NCBI GenBank assembly: GCA_965204375.1
Contig: OZ241986.1
Span: 4,480,001-4,544,000 of the forward strand
From: Candidatus Latescibacterota bacterium
GTDB taxonomy: Bacteria > Latescibacterota > UBA2968
Reading direction: 5' to 3'
DNA: 64,000 nt
The notes beneath the pieces are model-generated. The model was not told the DNA's origin. It did no database searches and saw only the letters and a program-made list of their open reading frames with translations. A program made the position numbers and the translations under genes. Of the stretch, positions 59,130-64,000 are shown one piece after another; position 1 is the stretch's first letter, and every line of letters starts with the position of its first letter.

Positions 59130-62100
59130 ATGAACCCAACCCCCTACACCGAAGACACCCTCGTTCAACAGACCACAGCCGAGTACCTCGAACAGCAACT
59201 CGGCTGGGAATCCGTCTATGCCTACAACAGCGAGGACTTTGGGCCGGACAGTCTGCTCGGTCGCGCCTCTGACCGCGAAGTCGTACTCACGCGCTATCTA
59301 CTCACCGCGCTGCGAACGCTGAACCCCGGCCTGCCCGAAGACGCCTACAACGACGCAATCCGACAAATCACATCCACCACTGCTTCACAGAGCATCGTCG
59401 CAACCAACCGCGAAAAGTACGATTTCATCCGCAACGGCGTACCCATCAAATTTCGCAACGCCAATGGCGAATGGGTGCAGGAACGCCTCCGAATCTTCGA
59501 TTTTGAAACCCCGGGAAACAACCACTTCCTCTGCGTACGCGAACTATGGATAAAAGGCGACCTCTACCGCAGACGAGCAGACATCATCGGCTTTGTCAAC
59601 GGCCTGCCCCTCCTCTTCATCGAATGCAAAAACATCCACCGGGACCTGAAAGCCGCGTACAACGGCAACTACTCGGACTACCGCGACACCATCCCCCACA
59701 TCTTCCACCACAACGCCATCGTCCTGTTTGGCAACGGCGAAAAAGCAAAACTCGGCTCCATCACCAGCGAATGGGACCACTTCCACGAATGGAAACGCCT
59801 ATCCGAAGAAGAACCCGGCGTCGTCGATATGGAAACCCTCCTCAAAGGCGTCTGCAACAAACGCGACTTCATGGACATCATAGAAAACTTCATCCTCTTC
59901 GACGACACATCGGGTGAAACAAAGAAAATCCTCGCCCGCAACCACCAGTTCCTCGGCGTAAACCGCGCAATTGAAGCCGTGCGCGACCGCAAAGTACGCC
60001 AGGGCAAACTCGGCGTCTTCTGGCACACACAGGGCGCTGGCAAAAGCTACTCCATGGTACTCTTCACCCGCAAAGTACACCGCAAACTCGGCGGCAACTT
60101 CACCTTCCTCGTCCTCACAGACCGCACAGACCTCGACACGCAAATCTACAAAACCTTCGCTGGCTGCGGCGTCGTAGATCACGACCGAGACCCCTGCCGC
60201 GCAGCAGACGGGCCACACCTGAACCAGCTATTGACCGAACACAAATCGCACATCTTCTCCCTCATCCAGAAATTCAACCAGGAAGACATAGATCCCAAAA
60301 AAGGCTACACCCAGCGCGACGACATCATCGTCATCACCGACGAAGCGCACCGCACCCAATACGGCAAGTTAGCAGATAATCTGCGCGTCGCCCTGCCCAA
60401 CGCAGCCTACATCGGCTTCACCGGCACACCCCTGTTCAAAGACGACCAGATCACGCGCCGCGTCTTCGGCGAATACGTCTCCACCTACGACTTCCAGCGG
60501 GCAGTAGAAGACAAAGCCACACTACCCCTCTACTACGACGCGCGCGGCGACAAACTGGGCGTAGCCATTGATAATTTAAACGAACGCATCGCCGAAAAAT
60601 TGGAAGAAGCCGAAATCAGCGACATCGACGAGGAACAGCACCTCGAACGAGAACTCAAACGCGCCTACCACATCATCACCGCAGGCAAACGCCTCGACCA
60701 ACTGGCGCGGGACTTCACGCGACACTACTCAGCCGCCTGGGAAACCGGCAAAGCCATGCTGGTATGCATCGACAAAATAACCTGTGTGCGAATGCACAGA
60801 TTGATTGAATTCTACTGGCAAGAACACATCGGAAAACTGGAAACAAGGCTATCGCGAATAACGGACGAAGAGGAGAAAACAGACCTTCAGCGGAAGATCG
60901 AATGGATGCGCGAGACCCGCGCAGCAGTCGTAATCAGCGAAGAACAGGGCGAAATCGAAAAATTCAACAAATGGGAACTGGACATCCTCCCGCACCGCAA
61001 ACTCATCAAAGAAGGCATAGACTTGCCCGAAACCATGAGAAACAAACCGCAGTATCGCAACAAGCAACGCATGGAACTGGACGAAGCCTTCAAAGACGAA
61101 GAACACCCATTCCGCATCGCCATAGTCTGCGCCATGTGGCTAACGGGTTTCGATGTCCCGTGCCTATCAACACTCTACCTCGACAAACCACTCAAAGCAC
61201 ACACCCTCATGCAAGCCATTGCCCGCGCCAACCGCGTGAACGAAAACAAAAACAACGGCCTGATCGTAGATTACTGCGGCGTCCTCGTACACCTGCGCCA
61301 GGCACTCGCAACCTTCGCTGGCACGCAACCGGATGGAGATAACGCACCGACCGACCCCGCAAAACCCGAAGAAGAACTCCTATCAGACCTCGCCGAAGCC
61401 ATCGCCCTATTGCGAGACTTCCTCGACAAACGCAACGCACCACTGGATGACATCATTGAAAAAACGGGCTTCCTCCGCAATGCGGCTATCGTAGCCTGCA
61501 AAGAAGCCGTCAACGAAAACGACGAAACCCGCAAACGCTTCGAAGTCATGTGCCGCGAAGTATTCAAAAAGTACAAAGCCTGCGTCAACGTGCCAAACGT
61601 CAACATCCATCGCGAAGATCGCGACGCCATTGACATCGTGTACAAAAGCCTCCAGCAAGACCGTGTTCAGGCTGACATCTCAGAAATCATAATGGAATTA
61701 CAGCGGGTAGTAGATGCGGCCATTGAACCGAGGCTCAGTAATGTGGCTGAAAATCCGCATCCTGATGAAGATCGACGTCCTTACGACATCAGCCAGATAG
61801 ACTTCGAGCGTCTGAAGCGAGAATTCGCGCGTATCCAGGAAAAAAACACCACCGTTCAGAACCTCAGACAAGCAGTAGAACAAAAATTGCAACGACTATT
61901 GAAGCAAAACCCATTACGCACGGACTTTCAGCACCACTACGAAGAAATCGTCGCAGCGTACAACCGCGAAAAGGACCAGATAACAATAGAGCGCACCTTC
62001 GAAGCATTGCTCAAACTGGTGCAGGAATTGGATGAAGAAGAAAACCGGGCTGTTCGTGAGGGACTCGACGAAGAATCTCTCGCAATCTTCGACCTCTTAA

Positions 62101-62390
62101 AAAAACCCAACCTGAACGCGGGCGAAATCGCACAAATCAAAAAAGTGGCCGTCAGCCTGCTCAAAAAACTAAAAGTTAGCAAACTGCGCGTTCACCAATG
62201 GTGCGAAAAAGAAGCGACCCGGGACGCCGTGCGGACATCCATCTATGACTTTCTCTTCAGCGACGAAACCGGCCTCCCTCACAAATACACAGAAAAGGAC
62301 ATAAAAACAAAAACCGAAGACGTCTTCCGCCACATCTACCGAGCCTACCCCAAATTACCATCGCCATATTACGACAATGCTGCCGCTTGA
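59130..62390 (+). CDS. hsdR: Type I R-M restriction subunit
   Basis: RADIIGFVNGLPLLFIECK, HTQGAGKS, DEAHR, FTGTP, MWLTGFD, QAIARANR. Confidence 0.95.
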   Translation: MNPTPYTEDTLVQQTTAEYLEQQLGWESVYAYNSEDFGPDSLLGRASDREVVLTRYLLTALRTLNPGLPEDAYNDAIRQITSTTASQSIVATNREKYDFIRNGVPIKFRNANGEWVQERLRIFDFETPGNNHFLCVRELWIKGDLYRRRADIIGFVNGLPLLFIECKNIHRDLKAAYNGNYSDYRDTIPHIFHHNAIVLFGNGEKAKLGSITSEWDHFHEWKRLSEEEPGVVDMETLLKGVCNKRDFMDIIENFILFDDTSGETKKILARNHQFLGVNRAIEAVRDRKVRQGKLGVFWHTQGAGKSYSMVLFTRKVHRKLGGNFTFLVLTDRTDLDTQIYKTFAGCGVVDHDRDPCRAADGPHLNQLLTEHKSHIFSLIQKFNQEDIDPKKGYTQRDDIIVITDEAHRTQYGKLADNLRVALPNAAYIGFTGTPLFKDDQITRRVFGEYVSTYDFQRAVEDKATLPLYYDARGDKLGVAIDNLNERIAEKLEEAEISDIDEEQHLERELKRAYHIITAGKRLDQLARDFTRHYSAAWETGKAMLVCIDKITCVRMHRLIEFYWQEHIGKLETRLSRITDEEEKTDLQRKIEWMRETRAAVVISEEQGEIEKFNKWELDILPHRKLIKEGIDLPETMRNKPQYRNKQRMELDEAFKDEEHPFRIAIVCAMWLTGFDVPCLSTLYLDKPLKAHTLMQAIARANRVNENKNNGLIVDYCGVLVHLRQALATFAGTQPDGDNAPTDPAKPEEELLSDLAEAIALLRDFLDKRNAPLDDIIEKTGFLRNAAIVACKEAVNENDETRKRFEVMCREVFKKYKACVNVPNVNIHREDRDAIDIVYKSLQQDRVQADISEIIMELQRVVDAAIEPRLSNVAENPHPDEDRRPYDISQIDFERLKREFARIQEKNTTVQNLRQAVEQKLQRLLKQNPLRTDFQHHYEEIVAAYNREKDQITIERTFEALLKLVQELDEEENRAVREGLDEESLAIFDLLKKPNLNAGEIAQIKKVAVSLLKKLKVSKLRVHQWCEKEATRDAVRTSIYDFLFSDETGLPHKYTEKDIKTKTEDVFRHIYRAYPKLPSPYYDNAAA

Positions 62391-62439
62391 AGTGTGAAGG
62401 TAGAAGTTAGAAGTTAGAAAAAGGAAAGAGAAAGGAAGA
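62389..62439 (+). repeat. Purine-rich 7-bp array upstream of four-helix-bundle gene
   Basis: gaagtgt gaaggta gaagtta gaagtta gaaaaag gaaagag. Confidence 0.75.
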
Positions 62440-62441
62440 AT

Positions 62442-62798
62442 TTGAAATCGGATCTGCCAGAACGATCATTTGAGTTTGCAAAACGCATCGTAAAACTATG
62501 CCAATACCTGGATAAAAAACCAGGCGTTTCTCGAACGCTGGGGAACCAGCTATTGCGTTCGGGCACCTCAATTGGCGCAAATGTCGAAGAAGGGCAGGCC
62601 GCACAAAGCCAAGCAGACTTCATCAACAAATACAGCATCGCCTGTAAAGAAGCACGCGAAACACACTACTGGCTACGCATCCTAACCGCAACCAACCTGC
62701 TGCCATCAGACCGAATGGCTAAAATAGAACAAGAATGCAATGAACTCATCGCCATACTGACCAGCATCATAAAAAAAATGAAAAGCAAACAACCCTGA
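62442..62798 (+). CDS. Four helix bundle protein (23S rRNA IVP / Avd-like)
   Basis: QLLRSGTSIGANVEEG...S..DF..K..IA.KEARET.YWL. Confidence 0.93.
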   Translation: MKSDLPERSFEFAKRIVKLCQYLDKKPGVSRTLGNQLLRSGTSIGANVEEGQAAQSQADFINKYSIACKEARETHYWLRILTATNLLPSDRMAKIEQECNELIAILTSIIKKMKSKQP

Positions 62799-62939
62799 CT
62801 TTTCACTTCACCCTTTCACACTTCACACTTCCTACTTCACACTTCTCACTTCACACTTCCTACTTCACACTTCTCACTTCACACTTCTCACTTCACCCTT
62901 TCACACTTCACACTTCTCACTTCTCACTTCCCACTTCAC
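62799..62939 (+). repeat. Pyrimidine-rich 7-bp array (about 19-20 units of CACTTCW)
   Basis: cacttca cacttcc tacttca cacttct ...; reverse complement of the upstream array. Confidence 0.9.
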
Positions 62940-62940
62940 C

Positions 62941-64000
62941 ATGCCCAAAACCACCAACCGAAAAACCATCATCTCGTGGATGATGTATGACTTTGCGAAC
63001 TCGTCCTTTGCCAACAACGTCACCACATTTATCTACGCGGCGTTCTTCACCAAAGTCATTGCTGAAAATGAAATCATCGGCACGGCTTTATGGTCTCGCG
63101 GCGTCGGCATCATCATGCTCGTCGTCGCACTGCTATCGCCACCCCTCGGCGCGCTATCTGACCAGGGCGGCTATCGCAAACGCTTTTTAATATTCTTCAC
63201 ATTCCTCGCCGTCATCTTCACCGCACTCCTCTATTTCCCGCAAAAAGGGCAGGCCATCTATGCAATGACCCTGTACATCATCGCCTGTATCTGTTTTGAA
63301 ATGGGCATCGTATTTTACAACGCCTTCTTGCCCGACATTGCCCCGCCCGAACGCATCGGCCGCATATCGGGACAGGCCTGGGGCGTGGGATATTTCGGGG
63401 GCCTGCTCTCAATGGCCGTCCTCATGGTCGGCTTTGTATCCGCAGAAACCCCGTGGTTTGGCCTCACCAAAGAAACCCATGAACACATCCGGGCGACAAA
63501 CATCGGCGTTGCAATCTGGTTTGCCATCTTCAGTCTCCCAGCCCTCTTCTATTTACCCCAAACACCTGCGCGACAAACCGGCGACAAACTCAGTTTGGCT
63601 ACATCCTACCGACGCATCCTGCAAACCTTCCGCGAACTCCAGCGCTACCGGGAAATCTTCAAACTCCTGCTCGCGCGCTTGGTCTATAACGACGGCCTGA
63701 TCACCGTCTTTGCTTTCGGCGGCATTTACGCGGCAGGCACATTCGGATTCACATTTGAAGAAGTCCTCTTCTTCGGCATCATCGTCAACATCGCAGCAGG
63801 CATCGGCGCATGGTGTTTTGGGTACCTGGACGACCGTCTCGGCGGCAAACTCACCATCCAGATCACCCTCGTCGGATTCGTCATCGCAGCAATCATCGCC
63901 GTCCTCCCTCCTGAACTCTTCCGGATCTGGATTGAATTTGCATTATGGGATACAGGCCGTTTGATCGGCCTTTTTGTCGATCCAAACCAATCCGCCAGCC
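62941..64000 (+). CDS. MFS transporter, UMF1/ATG22-like (3' end outside window)
   Basis: SW.MYDFANS.F, FYNAFLPDI, GRISG.AWG.GY.GG, YNDG. Confidence 0.88.
   Translation, partial: MPKTTNRKTIISWMMYDFANSSFANNVTTFIYAAFFTKVIAENEIIGTALWSRGVGIIMLVVALLSPPLGALSDQGGYRKRFLIFFTFLAVIFTALLYFPQKGQAIYAMTLYIIACICFEMGIVFYNAFLPDIAPPERIGRISGQAWGVGYFGGLLSMAVLMVGFVSAETPWFGLTKETHEHIRATNIGVAIWFAIFSLPALFYLPQTPARQTGDKLSLATSYRRILQTFRELQRYREIFKLLLARLVYNDGLITVFAFGGIYAAGTFGFTFEEVLFFGIIVNIAAGIGAWCFGYLDDRLGGKLTIQITLVGFVIAAIIAVLPPELFRIWIEFALWDTGRLIGLFVDPNQSAS

Noticed and set aside
62442-62798. DGR (Avd-like gene)
   Set aside because: No reverse transcriptase or TR/VR pair seen in the window
62799-62939. Possible CRISPR array
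   Set aside because: 7-bp tandem units with no spacers; no cas genes in the window
1-64000. tRNA, rRNA, prophage or integrase genes
   Set aside because: None recognised by eye; a tRNAscan-SE/Infernal run would be needed to exclude them

Overview
Bacterial chromosomal window. The gene content (sulfatases, PhyH dioxygenases, a lone BMC shell gene, DUF2723, many TA fragments) resembles FCB-group/Latescibacterota-Gemmatimonadota-like marine or sponge-associated genomes, but this taxonomic guess is inference only. A housekeeping/catabolic core (~12.1-41 kb: GT117-like protein, sigma70, BMC-H, solA-like oxidase, lon, coaD, sulfatases, PhoD, heparinase II/III-like lyase, two-component pair, lactonases) lies between two accessory defence-like islands. 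Island 1 (~1.3-12.1 kb) has a PD-(D/E)XK-like gene, a membrane GTPase, a 1272-aa nuclease-helical protein behind hsdS/DUF1016 relics, and a 3.2-kb transposase-less cassette with 25-bp TIRs and an 8-bp TSD, interrupted by an IS256. Island 2 (~41.2-62.9 kb) is a type I R-M locus (hsdM, hsdS, hsdR) packed with Fic, Schlafen/AlbA_2, PLD-ATPase, zeta-like, DUF488, HipA/HIRAN and TA genes. Best candidates for undescribed systems: (i) two paralogous large proteins that share a ~900-aa helical body but carry different N-terminal effectors (REase-like versus Schlafen); (ii) the Schlafen copy ends in a fused VapB antitoxin tail and is translationally coupled to a VapC toxin; (iii) a two-gene module (small Cas2/VapD-like protein plus coiled-coil tail-anchored membrane protein) present in both islands next to IS1595-type signatures; (iv) inverted 7-bp repeat arrays bracketing a four-helix-bundle gene, with empty copies elsewhere. 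All family calls come from motif recognition by eye; no database searches were run.
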